In this document: positions 39,486-53,090 of the stretch, piece by piece | Layout of the letters: each line of letters starts with the position of its first letter | Numbering within the stretch: the first letter of the stretch is position 1 | Source of the DNA: Eledone cirrhosa | Lineage: Eukaryota | Assembly (NCBI GenBank): GCA_964016885.1 | Contig: OZ024758.1 | Location: 30,442,001-30,506,000, forward strand | Direction: 5' to 3' | Length of the DNA stretch: 64,000 nucleotides | Notes under the pieces: model-generated | Seen by the model: only the letters and a program-made list of their open reading frames with translations | What the model was told of the DNA's origin: nothing | Database searches by the model: none | Translations under genes and position numbers: made by a program

Positions 39486-40311
39486 TTTCTAGAGGAGGGT
39501 GGAAAGTTGGGAAGGGTGAGGAAGATGCTTGGGGAAATTAGGGACATAGGTATAAGGGAGGGTAGGGAATGGTGTTGCCAAGTAGGCAACACCATTCCCT
39601 ACCATCTTCTGAGATAATTGGTTGAATCCTCCAGTCATTATATTCTCTTCAAATAACATTAATATCCATTTATGGGTGAACATAGCAATACTGTGTAACA
39701 ACCCAATGCCTATAGTACTAACATAGGAAGGGCATCCAGCCATAGAAACGATTTGTGGGTTGAGTGTATTCTATCATGGTACAAGCACTACCATTTCACT
39801 GAGTGGTTTTGGGTGCATTTTATCTTGACTCCACTACTTTCACTTTCCTGTATTGACTGAGTGCATTTTATAGTGGAACCAACACAACCACATTTTAACA
39901 CTCGAGGGCTTGTATCCTTGGCCAGGTTAGACAGCCAGTGGGGTCTACCTGTTATTAGCCATTGAAGGAAGGGCGGCCTTAAGGGGAGTGACATCTGTCA
40001 GTATTGTATGTGGGGGTGGTGTGCTCAGCTTTCTATGCTGGCATAGCTGGACAATGAGGAGGAATTCAGGGATAATTTGGGAGTGTTAGAGTTATGGAGG
40101 AGTGGGTATGTGCTGGGTTGTGGGGTGGTTATGGAGAGAGAGAAAGAATGAGCAAGCAGTGTCTGACAATAGAAAAGTATGTTATGAAAGAGGTGTTAGT
40201 CTCTCATTTATTTATCAGTTTGGAAACTAATGACTAATGATAATACAAAGTTTTGAGATATGGAAAAATAGGTGCCATGTATTTCTATTGTTGTTTCTTT
40301 TCTGTCTTCAG

Positions 40312-40427
40312 GTATTTTCAGTTCTGTTGAATGTTTGAAGTCTGTGATGTTATCTATGGCTTTGGTGGAGCGGAAACTGTCTGTGAGTGATGCAGTGTAT
40401 CTTTCTCGTTTGGAGATGGAATTTCAG
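40312..40427 (+). CDS. ATPAF2: ATPAF2 exon 7 (GIFSSVECLKSVMLSMALVERKLSVSDAVYLSRLEMEFQ)
   Basis: Polypyrimidine tract with cag| acceptor and |gtatgt donor; LKS and AV.LSRLE.E.Q motifs. Confidence 0.96.
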
Positions 40428-40562
40428 GTATGTTCTGATACATCTACAGCAGTATCTATCTATCTATAATATATGTATATCATTATCATCATCATTATCA
40501 TCATCATTTTACGTCCGCGTTTCCCTGCTTGCAAGGGTTGGACTATCTATAATATATATATA

Positions 40563-41846
40563 CAGGGTGCGGACGATATTTGTTCGCAAGATTACTGTCT
40601 AGGAAAAAATAACACAGTAGTTTTATTTTTTAAGATATATTTATCAAACTTGGGTCAGTTTGTCTTCATGACTTGTTCCTTCGATCTCACTCGATAAACC
40701 CATCATTGGCTTTGATGACAGCCTCAAGGCGGCCTCGGAACTGGTTACAAGCCTTCGTTACTGTCCCCCGACTTAGGCCCCTAAAAGCATTTGTGATCCT
40801 GGCCTTCAGATCGTCTTTCGTATTGCAGCTAGATCTGTTGGTGTCTCATTCCTCTGTGCCCCACACAAAGAAGTCGAGGGGGTTGCAGTCAGGCGAGCTG
40901 GGAGGCCAGATGTCAGGTGAAGTGTGGTCGACGAAGTTCTCTGATAGCAAGGTTTGGGTCTTTCAGCTGGTATGGCAGGGCGCTGAGTCTTGCTGCCACA
41001 CGTACGGCCTACCTGCAGCTACCTGGTCGATCCAGGGCTTTACTACCTCGCTCAGAACGCGTATGTAGCCATCGGTGTTCAGCTTGAGGTCCTCAGGGAA
41101 GAAGTGAGGTGGTATGACGTCACCTTGATTGGTGATGACACCTAAGACGAATGTTGTAGCTGGAAACTTTGTCTGCATGACTCCTGGCACGTCTTTGGAT
41201 GAGACAGCGAACCACCTGTTGTTCTGGTCTTGGCAGAAGTTTTTCTCGTCAGAGAAAAACCGCAGCATATCTGGCTCCAGTGGGTGTTTCAACTTGTTGA
41301 TCAGCTTCTTTGCGTGCTTCAGTCGCTTTTCTTGCATCACCTTTGACAGAAATTGTCCTTTCCTCATCTTGTATGAAACGTAGCGAATGTCTTCATGTAC
41401 CACCAGCCTAATGAGCTTTTCATCCATCCCTTGCAATGGCACGCATCGACTTGCTAAGTTCATTGTTGATGATATCCTGAACTTCAGCGACAAACTCGGG
41501 CGTTCTGGAGGCACCAGATCGTCGATCATGTGTTTTCCTCTCTGATGTTGCTTCGTAGTTGAATCCTGAATCTTCCAATTCCTTTCTGACCTTTTCCACC
41601 ATTCTCCTGCTGACGCTGAGAAAGTCTGAAATTTCCTTATTTGTCCTCCCGGCGTGGATTCCAAGAAGAACTCTGTGTCTTTTCCACAAATTTGGAGGTT
41701 CAAAATTATTCATAATCAATTATTCTGAAAATAAATAATGGAAATATAGTCACTGTTTTTATGAAGACAAGAGTGACAACGGAAGTAAAACAAATTTGCA
41801 TAAAATTAGCAGTTGAAAATTGCGAACAAATATCGTCCACACCCTG
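40563..41846 (-). mobile_element. Full-length Tc1/mariner-superfamily DD37D (maT) transposon with inactivated transposase
   Basis: 27-bp TIRs CAGGGTGCGGACGATATTTGTTCGCAA (1 mismatch) and TA TSD. Motifs FFSDEKNF, WQQDSAPCH and WPPSSPDCNPLDF, with 37 residues between D2 and D3. Has an in-frame TGA and an N-terminal frameshift. Confidence 0.93.
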
Positions 41847-41848
41847 TA

Positions 41849-42188
41849 TCATTTCATCATCATTTCATTTTACGTCCGCTTTTTCCCTGCTTGCAAGGGT
41901 GGGACGGGAACTGATTTTGGCTTGATTTCTACAGCTGGATGCCCTTCCTAACACCAACCTCATTTACAGTGAGTGCTGGGTGCTTTTTTGCTAGGCACCT
42001 CCACGACCACTTTGCAGTGGAATGATAGGGACCCCAGTCCCTATCATCTCATTTCTACAGCTGAGTAAACTGGAGCAATGTGAAATAAAGTGTCTTGCTC
42101 AAGGAAACAACACATCACCCGATCTGAGAATTGAACTCACAACCTTTCGATTGCAAGGCCAATGCTCTAACCACTAAGCCATGTGCCT

Positions 42189-42190
<2 letters not shown>
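41849..42190 (-). mobile_element. Full-length tRNA-headed CORE-like SINE with RTE tail
   Basis: Near-identical to 16044-16388. Confidence 0.88.
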
Positions 42191-42284
<94 letters not shown>

Positions 42285-42286
<2 letters not shown>

Positions 42287-42687
42287 TCATCACCGTTTTA
42301 CGTCCGTTCTTCCACGCTAGCATGGGTTAGACGGGTTGTCCTGTTGTGGGCAGTGTCTGGTCGGCTGACCATGCCTTGCTCATACAGGAACTGATCTGGC
42401 TTGATTTCTACAGCTGGATGCCCTTCCTAACACCAACCTCATTTACAGTGAGTGCTGGGTGCTTTTTCGTGGCGCCTACACGTCCACTTTACAGTGTGGG
42501 CTGGGTGCTTTTTTGCCGTGGCACCTCCACGACCACCTTGCGGGGGGGGGGGGGGGGGGGGGGGGGGGCATATTGTTTATATGCTTCAGCATGTACCCAT
42601 GGGAGGTCGGGTACCCTGTATTACTGCGTGACGCCAGAAGTCACGGTCGTGTGTCATTGACTTTGAGAGGTGTAGTTGGGTAACATA

Positions 42688-42744
<57 letters not shown>

Positions 42745-45110
42745 TCATAATCGTTTAACGTCCATCGTCCACGCTAGCATGGGTACGATATATGATGCCT
42801 GTGTGAGATGCGCGATGAGACATGGGCAGCAACTGCAAAGGATATGCGATGGCTGGAGAGAAATGAAGCAACCATGCTCCGTTGGATATGCAGTATCAAT
42901 GTGTGTGAACGACCAAGCATGGACGAGTTGAGAAAGAAACTGGGTATAAGAGGGATAAGTTGTGGTGTGCAGGAGAGAAGGCTGAGGTGGTATGGACATG
43001 TGATGCGTATGGAGGATGACCGATGGGTGAAGAAGTGCCAGGAAGTCCCAGTGCAGGGAAGACACAATAGAGGTAGACCACGAAAAACAAGGGCGGAGGT
43101 GGTGAGAGCAGACCTCAGATCGCTGAAACTCACGGAGGAGATGATGAAGGACTGTGACGGGTGGAGAGATGCTGTGCTGAATAGGACCCGTCCAACCCTT
43201 GCAAGCAGGGAAAAGCGGACGTAAAATGATGATAATGATGATGATATCAAAAGGCCTTAAAGTTAACTTGTCTAAAACTAAAGTTCTAGTATGTAGAAAG
43301 GAAATAGCCATGCTCAGTGTGTAGGAAAGGAGTAGGTAGAAATTCCATTTTATGTCCCAAATGCAAACTATGGGTACATAAAAGATGTAGTGGGATCACA
43401 GGTAAGCTATCTAAGAATGTAGATTTTATATGTGGCCGATGCTCAGGTACAATAAGTAGCAAGTGCCCAGAGGATACTAGCTCCTTCTATTGCCCAGATG
43501 GTTCTATAGAAATAGTGGACACTTTCCGTTACCTGGTTGACAAAATCAGCAGTGGTGGAGGGTGCTCTGAAAGTACTGTAGCTAGAGTCAGAACGGGATG
43601 GAAAAAGTTCAGATAGCTTATACCACTATTGGCCGCTAAAGGTTTCTCTTTAAAAATGAAAGGCAAATTGTATGATGCCTGCATACAAACAGCAATGTTA
43701 CATGGCAGTGAGACTTGGGCATTGTGTGCAGAGGATCTGCGCAGACTGGAGAGGAACGAAGCATGCATGCTCCGTTGGATGTGTAATAGTAATATAAGTG
43801 AACTGCAAAACATAAACAAACTAAGTGAGAAATTAGGAATAAGCGGGATCAGATGCTGTTTACTCGAGAGAAGACCACGTTGGTATGGTCACGTGATGCG
43901 TATGAAAGACGACAGCTGTATAAAAAAGTGCAGGGCGATAAAAATAGACGGTAGCCACGGAGTAGACAGACCCAGAAAAACCTGGGACGATCTGATAAAT
44001 TCCGACCTTACACACTTACATCTCTCTAAGACAATGTCACTGGACCGAGATCTTTGGCGCTACGCAGTAATAGAGAAGACCTGCCTTGCCTAAGTACAAA
44101 GCGAAACCTACAGTCAGTAGGCACCTCTTAACCAAATATACACCCCAATCCACTACCCCTACCCTATCCCTCCCACTCCCACCAACACCACCCTCTCTGT
44201 AAAGTTGGTACCACAACATCCAGTCAAAATTAATGAGATAATGAGATTGTGTAGGTGTCACAACAACAAAAACAAAAAAACCTACTCACAGTCCACGCTG
44301 GTAACGGTAAAAAGTTCCCAGTCCACTGTAAACGTGGTTGGTGTTAGGAGGGGCATCCAGCCGTAGAAAACCTGCCAGACAGTCCTATATGAGTGAGATA
44401 CGGTCACCCGACCAATGTTGCCTCAAATTGGGACAACTCCCGTCCAACCCATGCTAGTGTGGAAGATAGATGTTAAACGATGATGATGATTTATATATAT
44501 ACCATCATCATCATCATTTTATGTTCCCTTTCCACACTAGCATGGGTTGGACGGGTTGTCACAGTCCAAGACCAAACAGATTGGAGTGACCAATCTTACT
44601 CATTACATTCCATATTTGGCATGGTTTCTATGGCTACATGTCCTTTTTAACACTAACCACCTTACAGGATGTGTTGGGGGCATTTTTTTGTGATATCAGC
44701 ACAGGTATATTTTTCATGACACAGACATAGGTGTGTTTTTATGATTTATCATGGCACCAACACTAACACTTTACAGTGTGTACTGGGTGCATGTTATTGT
44801 AGCACCAGCACTAGAGAGGCCTTATATTGTCTCTGGTTTTTATTGCCAAACTCTGTGGCCTCTGGTCTGTCACCATGTGTATTCTCAATGTTGCAGAGAT
44901 TGCCAGCGTGGAAAACCACGCTCGCATGGGTTAGACGAGTGATCCTGTTTTGAGCAATGCCAGGTCAGGTGACCATGTCTTGTTTGTACAGAATTGATTT
45001 TGGCTTGGTTTCTACAGCTGGATGCCCTTCCTAGCGCCAACTGCATTTACAGTGAGTACTGGGTGTTTTTTGTCATGACACCTACATGACCACTTTGAAG
45101 TGTGGACTGG
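42285..45110. mobile_element. Pile of RTE LINE 3' fragments (42285-42680 -, 42790-43243 +, 43245-44490 +, 44500-45110 -)
   Basis: ORFs 42808-43224, 43317-43616 and 43629-44093 carry RTE motifs; several (GAT/CAT)n tails. Confidence 0.85.
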
Positions 45111-45211
45111 ATACTATATATATTTATATACATATGTATGAATGAATAATACATGCTGTCCGATAAAAAATGTCATCTGTTGATGATAATGATTGTGAGA
45201 GTTATATAATT

Positions 45212-46380
45212 ATACCAATACAGAGAAGTGTCACTCTACCAATACAGAGAAGTGTCACTCTACCAATACAGAGAAGTGTCACTCTACCAATACAGAGAAG
45301 CGTCACTCTACCAATACAGAGAAGTGTCACTCTACCAATACAGAGAAGCGTCACTCTACCAATACAGAGAAGCGTCACTCTACCAATACAGAGAAGTGTC
45401 ACTCTACCAATACAGAGAAGTGTCACTCTACCAATACAGAGAAGTGTCACTCTACCAATACAGAGAAGCGTCACTCTACCAATACAGAGAAGCGTCACTC
45501 TACCAATACAGAGAAGCGTCACTCTACCAATACAGAGAAGTGTCACTCTACCAATACAGAGAAGCGTCACTCTACCAATACAGAGAAGTGTCACTCTACC
45601 AATACAGAGAAGTGTCACTCTACCAATACAGAGAAGCGTCACTCTACCAATACAGAGAAGCGTCACTCTACCAATACAGAGAAGCGTCACTCTACCAATA
45701 CAGAGAAGCGTCACTCTACCAATACAGAGAAGTGTCACTCTACCAATACAGAGAAGTGTCACTCTACCAATACAGAGAAGCGTCACTCTACCAATACAGA
45801 GAAGCGTCACTCTACCAATACAGAGAAGCGTCACTCTACCAATACAGAGAAATGTCACTCTACCAATACAGAGAAGCGTCACTCTACCAATACAGAGAAA
45901 TGTCACTCTACCAATACAGAGAAGCGTCACTCTACCAATACAGAGAAGCGTCACTCTACCAATACAGAGAAGTGTCACTCTACCAATACAGAGAAGTGTC
46001 ACTCTACCAATACAGAGAAGCGTCACTCTACCAATACAGAGAAATGTCACTCTACCAATACAGAGAAGCGTCACTCTACCAATACAGAGAAGCGTCACTC
46101 TACCAATACAGAGAAGCGTCACTCTACCAATACAGAGAAGTGTCACTCTACCAATACAGAGAAGTGTCACTCTACCAATACAGAGAAGCGTCACTCTACC
46201 AATACAGAGAAGCGTCACTCTACCAATACAGAGAAGCGTCACTCTACCAATACAGAGAAGCGTCACTCTACCAATACAGAGAAGCGTCACTCTACCAATA
46301 CAGAGAAGTGTCACTCTACCAATACAGAGAAGTGTCACTCTACCAATACAGAGAAGTGTCACTCTACCAATACAGAGAAA
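45212..46380. repeat. 24-bp minisatellite, ~48 copies
   Basis: Unit TACCAATACAGAGAAGYGTCACTC. Confidence 0.97.
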
Positions 46381-46725
46381 CATCATAAATGAAATATTGT
46401 TTTAAAGATTTACTGGACATATTCAATTTGTTGAATTTGTCCCCTCCACCCCCCATATATCATATTACTTCTTTGTATTTTCTTAACCCCGACCCTGGTT
46501 CTATGAAATAAAACCACTCATTTTAAAGGTTTCCAATTTAAATTAAAATCTTCCAACACAATTTTATATCAGAACCCTACATTAATTTACTTTCTTAGTA
46601 ATGAAATAATTGTTAATGTAAGTAAATCCATCAAAATTGTTAATTAATTAATTGAAATAGAGTGTATCTCATTTGAAATGTGGTCATGTAAGGGTTAAAG
46701 AACTTTTCTGCTATTTCTGTTTCAG

Positions 46726-46878
46726 ACCCAAAAGTGGGGAAGTGTGGAGTGGTACCATGATTTGGATCTGTATGAGAATAGAGCACGTTTAGCAGCAGCT
46801 GTTTTGTTTACACACTGGTCTTCAGAAAATGCTTCTGTGAAGCAAAAATCTACAGCAGAGATGAGAGCGTTTGTATAG
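46726..46878 (+). CDS. ATPAF2: ATPAF2 exon 8, terminal (TQKWGSVEWYHDLDLYENRARLAAAVLFTHWSSENASVKQKSTAEMRAFV*)
   Basis: Acceptor tttctgtttcag|; KWG.VEW.HD motif; TAG stop at 46876-46878. Confidence 0.96.
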   Translation, partial: TQKWGSVEWYHDLDLYENRARLAAAVLFTHWSSENASVKQKSTAEMRAFV

Positions 46879-47248
46879 GCAGCAGGAAAGGGAAGTATTG
46901 CAGAGAGAATGCCAAAGAAAAGTCTTTTGTAAAGATATCTTCTAAAAAAAATTGTTTGCTGTGAACTTTTGTGGAGCAGAATTTCATGTGAAGAAAGATT
47001 CTTTTTGTACCAATGCAGCATGACTTGTCTGTGATATTTTACAATTAGACTTAGATGTCAGGTTTGTCTTTGGACCTCATTCCTCATAAGTTCAGTTCCT
47101 ATTATTGTCTGTGCATGCATCTTTACTTAGTTTGCTTCTTTTTGATTTTGATCAGTAATATTCTTAAGATCAAAACATTGTTAAGATATTCACAGACATT
47201 AGACAAGTGACTTTTGAGCTTATGATAATAATCAGTTAGCATGTACAA

Positions 47249-47576
47249 CAGATGTTTTCAAAGTGGGTCCTACCGCCCCCTGGTGGTCATTGAGAAGGTC
47301 CAGGGGGTGCTGGGGCCTAAGGGAGTGGTGGGGTGCATGCTATATTAAATATCAAATGATACATATTATATATAAATATAGTAAAATAAAGATTATATAA
47401 TTATTTATACATAATATATATTATATTATTTATTAAATATAAATTAACGATTTTATTTATTATATATTATTTAAAATTTGTGTGTGGGCAGGTCTCTCTG
47501 GAAATAGAGTTGGGGGAGGGCTGAGGGTATTACATGGTGAGGGGGGGGGGTGACCCAACAAGTTTGAGAACGTCTG
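47249..47576. mobile_element. hAT-type MITE; partial copy at ~28200-28345
   Basis: Termini CAGATGTTTTCAAA and TTTGAGAACGTCTG; degenerate 8-bp flanks atgtacaa and gtttacag. Confidence 0.6.
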
Positions 47577-47832
47577 GTTTACAGGAAAGATTATTATTGT
47601 TGAATACTGGTATTTAATTATATTTTGAAGAGTATGAATAAATGTATGAATAAGACAGTAGACAATCAATGAAGAGGTGAAGAGTTCATGCCTTGTCACT
47701 AGTGCTGCATGTGTCCATGGTTAAGACAGCACTCAATATCTGATTCTATCTAGCTGTGAATGACATTCATTAGAGATATGACAGCTACAGGTTTATATGA
47801 GAGTTGATGACTACATTGAAAATTTTACTTAT

Positions 47833-49717
47833 CGAGAGACATCATAGACCAACATCATATCTAGAGACATCATAGACCAACATCCCATCTAGAGACATCA
47901 TAGACCAACATCTCATCTAGAGACATCATAGACCAACATCCCATCTAGAGACATCATAGAGCTACATCCCATCTAGAGACATCATAGACCACCATCCCAT
48001 CTAGAGACATCATAGACCAACATCCCATCTAGAGACATCATAGACCAACATCATATCTAGAGACATCATAGACCAACATCATATCTAGAGACATCATAGA
48101 CCAACATCCCATCTAGAGACATCATAGACCAACATCATATCTAGAGACATCATAGACCAACATCATATCTAGAGACATCATAGACCAACATCATATCTAG
48201 AGACATCATAGACCTACATCCCATCTAGAGACATCATAGACCAACATCCCATCTAGAGACATCATAGACCAACATCCCATCTAGAGACATCATAGACCAA
48301 CATCATATCTAGAGACATCATAGACCAACATCCCATCTAGAGACATCATAGACCAACATCCCATCTAGAGACATCATAGACCAACATCATATCTAGAGAC
48401 ATCATAGACCTACATCCCATCTAGAGACATCATAGACCACCATCCCATCTAGAGACATCATAGACCAACATCCCATCTAGAGACATTATAGACCAACATC
48501 CCATCTAGACACATCATAGACCAACATCCCATCTAGAGACATCATAGACCAACATCATATCTAGAGACATCATAGACCTACATCCCATCTAGAGACATCA
48601 TAGACCACCATCCCATCTAGAGACATCATAGACCAACATCCCATCTAGAGACATCATAGACCAACATCCCATCTAGACACATCATAGACCAACATCCCAT
48701 CTAGAGACATCATAGACCAACATCATATCTAGAGACATCATAGACCTACATCCCATCTAGAGACATCATAGACCACCATCCCATCTAGAGACATCATAGA
48801 CCAACATCCCATCTAGAGACATCATAGACCAACATCCCATCTAGACACATCATAGACCAACATCCCATCTAGAGACATCATAGACCAACATCATATCTAG
48901 AGACATCATAGACCTACATCCCATCTAGAGACATCATAGACCACCATCCCATCTAGAGACATCATAGACCAACATCCCATCTAGAGACATCATAGACCAA
49001 CATCCCATCTAGACACATCATAGACCAACATCCCATCTAGAGACATCATAGACCAACATCATATCTAGAGACATCATAGACCTACATCCCATCTAGAGAC
49101 ATCATAGACCACCATCCCATCTAGAGACATCATAGACCAACATCCCATCTAGAGACATCATAGACCAACATCCCATCTAGACACATCATAGACCAACATC
49201 CCATCTAGAGACATCATAGACCAACATCATATCTAGAGACATCATAGACCTACATCCCATCTAGAGACATCATAGACCACCATCCCATCTAGAGACATCA
49301 TAGACCAACATCCCATCTAGACACATCATAGACCAACATCCCATCTAGAGACATCATAGACCAACATCCCATCTAGAGACATCATAGACCAACATCCCAT
49401 CTAGAGACATCATAGACCAACATCCCATCTAGAGACATCATAGACCAACATCCCATCTAGAGACATCATAGACCAACATCATATCTAGAGACATCATAGA
49501 CCTACATCCCATCTAGAGACATCATAGACCACCATCCCATCTAGAGACATCATAGACCAACATCCCATCTAGAGACATCATAGACCAACATCCCATCTAG
49601 AGACATCATAGACCAACATCCCATCTAGAGACATCATAGACCAACATCCCATCTAGAGACATCATAGACCAACATCCCATCTAGAGACATCATAGACCTA
49701 CATCATATCTAGAGACA
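47833..49717. repeat. 28-bp minisatellite, ~67 copies, with a 168-bp (6-mer) higher-order period
   Basis: Unit AGAGACATCATAGACCAACATCCCATCT. The AGACAC variant recurs every 168 bp from ~48510 to ~49182. Confidence 0.96.
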
Positions 49718-52241
49718 GATTTTTCTCTTATCTACTAAATACCACAACAAACACTGTTCCTATGGATACTTACTTCAGTAAAGGATAAATGTTGTCCTCC
49801 TCAACAGGATTTGAATATGGAATAAAATAAGACAATAAACTGGATAAAGAACTAGAAAGTCCAGTGCAGATCAACTGGTAACATTAGTACTACTTTTTCA
49901 CAACAAAGAATTCTTTGTGATTTTTCATAAAGTATTAGTTACGTTTTTTTCTGTTAAAGTGACAACTTTATTTTCACCGAGAATGGCATGAAGAAAAGTT
50001 CAATGTGTTAAAGAGTTTAGAATTTTATATAAAATATAATTATTTTTTTGCTTTACATAGTTATAGTTTTGATTGTCTTTTTTATTTTGGAAAACATATA
50101 CTTATTCTTCGCCCACTTATTCTTGAGAGGGTGGCAGAGTCCTCAAACACTGCCTCCAGCAGGTCAGGTCCTGTCAGAAGCAACCGTCTCTAACTAATTC
50201 GACTGGTTCCCCAAATAAGACCAGCCAAGCTCAGATGTTATCCAACCATCTTGCTCTGGGTCTCCTGCCAGTTGGTTTTGCTTGTAAAATCTGTCCAGAG
50301 ATTCTTTCCTGAGACATTCTAACCACATGTCGATAGCATCGGAGTTGTGATCTCTCAATTCGGAGAAATAGTGGCTCTACCTGGAGTGACTCTGATCTTC
50401 TAGCTACACACATTATGCTTAATTCACATACACACAGTGTCCATACAGTGTTAAGAGGAAACAAGTTATTGGAGGGGTGATGCAAAGTTCATGATGAAAC
50501 TGCTTAGTTTTCTCCTATACAAATAACCAACTTGCCTTATGTCCTATAGTGAACTAATCTCATCATCATCACTGTTTAATGCCAACATTTCCACGATGGC
50601 ATGGGTTAGACAATGACCATACAACTTTATAAAAAAAAAAAAAAAAAAATTGGAATGAGATAAAAAGCATCCAGTCCACTGTAAAATGGTCATTTTGGTG
50701 CCACGATAAAAAGCACCCAGTTCATGCTGTAAATCATCATCATTATCGCTGTTTAATATGGTTGGCAATAAGCTGTAGAACCCAAGCCAAAACTAGTTCT
50801 GTATAAACAAGATGCAGTCATCTCACCTGACTTGACTCACAACGGGGCAACTCATTTAACCCATATTAGCATGGAGAAATGGATGTAAAATGGTGATGAT
50901 GATGACAATAGAATTAATTTTGCTATTGATATCTATCAGAACCAAAATTTAAAGCTGTAATAGATTCAAGCATCTACACGATTCTAGAAGAAGAGTTTAG
51001 GGATTCTTGCATTGCTGTTGCAGTTATGTGGTTCTGGATATGATTCTGTTGTATGACTCCTTAGTCAAGTGTTTTCTACCAAAACTTTGGGTTAATCTAA
51101 AACTTTTGAATGAAGTTGGGTAGACAGAAACTGTGCTGAATGCAGTAGTCTAAAGTCTCGGGCCTGGAGGTTAATCATGAAGTAACTAAGAGTACAATCA
51201 GGTCGTTTGTCTTAATGATTTCTACTATAGGCACAATGACAGCAATTTTTGGGGAAGTAAAGTCAATTAAATTGACTCAAGTACATTACTGGTACTGTAT
51301 TTTATCGACCCCTGTAAGGATGAAAGGCAAAGCTTAACCTCGGCAGGATTTGTCTTAATAGAAACATATTCTCATGAATTTATTTTAAACGAAAATGACC
51401 AGGAATATATTTTCAATGGTTTCATTTCAAGGAAGCAGCGCCTCTGGAGTGAATGACGATTTTTAAGGGTAGTATATAACGAAAATTGCCCCGAAAATAT
51501 AAAGTTCTTCGCCCACTTATTCCTGAGAGGGTCATGGGGGCAGTTTTCAAACACCCCCTCCTGCAGATCCTGACGGAAGCAACCGCCTCCAACCTGGCTG
51601 GATACCCAAGCGTGATCTCATGGATGTTATCCAACTATCTTAAAGTTGGTTTTATAATACCGAAGGATTGAAGTTTTAAGTTTGTTGATTTTATTGTACC
51701 AGGAGCTGCGACCAGTAGATGGTATCAGCAATGGAGACGTTTTCTTGATCCAATTTGACAAGTTCTACCCCACTCGGTAAGCGAATTGGTCTGGAATCGA
51801 TTGATCGATAACATTCTTATTGTGTCCATTCTCTTGGTGTTCCGCAGCTTTGTGGCTTGTGGCATCACTTTTGGCTGTTCTGTAGCTTATAACTGTTCCT
51901 TGTGGTGTTGATAGGATTAAAAGTAGTCGATCTTATCAATACTCCCAGGACCACGGCGTGGACACTCCTATCTTGACCCCTATATTGATAAAAATAAGAA
52001 ATATATAAATAATTTTATTGGCTGCCCTTTAACTCTGCATTTTCAATTGCTTTTATTAAACCCAGGGATTTTCATTAACACTTTTAAACCATCGAAATCT
52101 TTTGCTAACAAATTGTTTAGCAGTTTGTGACTTGACACAATTTGTCAATAATAGTTTCTATATATTTAAAATCCTCAGTAGTTGTAATCACAACGAAATA
52201 ATAGTTTCTGTATAATGTCTGGCCTGATGTACATTGTTTAA

Positions 52242-52426
52242 CCCTTTAGCATTTACATTACTCTATATATGCTATTATATTTTCACATAATATCAAATCT
52301 ATGAGATTTTGATATTTATTTTGAGAACAATACCTTAAATCAGTATGAGTGGCCGGTTACAGCCAGTTTTAACAGAAAGAAGTGAGAGAATTCTGGCCGT
52401 ATACGGCCAGTTTAAATGCTAAAAGG
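52242..52426. mobile_element. piggyBac-type MITE; related copies at ~28838-28963 and ~38380-38570
   Basis: TTAA-CCCTTTAGCATTTA ... TAAATGCTAAAAGG-TTAA. Confidence 0.75.
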
Positions 52427-52903
52427 TTAATTTTTTACCGAAAGTCAGGGTATTTTGCTATAATTATTTTACATCGTCACAAATAAGTTCAAGCGATGCC
52501 ACGGGACAATGTGATCGTTCGACCCACTTCCATATTAACAAATGCCATGTTAGACAGGTCCGCAATACACTCTGGAGAAAAATAAGATGGAATGGTCGTT
52601 GTTAGAATGCCTTTGATTATAGGTCTGCTTAACCAGAGTCGACGGCTAAACAACAATTGGTGCTATTACAAACTAAATCTTGTATTAAGGGGAGATCACT
52701 CTCATTAGCAATTTCATTAAAACCCATTCTAACGCGCGAAACTTAAATAAACGCGTGCTTATTTATATATTTACGATCGAATTGTTTATATGATAGAAAA
52801 TAAAGATAAAAATAAATTATTTGTACATTAATATTACACAGTAGTCCATTCCTACTCATTTTGCAAACAACAACTTTTATGAATCGCTTTTTCACAGACT
52901 ATA

Positions 52904-53090
52904 CGAGGGTTGGCTGAAAAGTTCATAGGCTAACTATAAAGGAGTGATGTTAGAGATGTGAAATCTTGCAAGCATTAATTTCAACTCGTCTTATTAATAA
53001 CTGCATTGTTTCTATCCAGGGATTATGTTGAAAAATAAACCTCATTTGGGAGTATTTTGGCCAGTCTATGAACTTTTCAGCCGACCCTCG
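52904..53090. mobile_element. mariner-type MITE; partial copy at ~37020-37182
   Basis: TA-CGAGGGTTGGCTGAAAAGTTCATAG ... CTATGAACTTTTCAGCCGACCCTCG-TA. Confidence 0.85.

Larger units (their letters stand above)
4072..46878 (+). other. ATPAF2: ATPAF2 (ATP12) gene span, 8 coding exons, mitochondrial F1-ATPase assembly factor 2
   Basis: Manual splicing of exons of 112+45+146+98+81+113+116+153 = 864 nt gives an uninterrupted 287-aa ORF. All introns are GT-AG with compatible phases. It contains ATP12-family motifs KKFYK, FEINLDKRKLRTP, AVATEW, ETDTLCYR, WDPVIEW, SRLEMEFQ and KWGSVEWYHD. Confidence 0.96.

Noticed and set aside
45170-46405. ~400-aa repetitive ORFs in three frames
   Set aside because: Translation of a 24-bp tandem repeat in intron 7.
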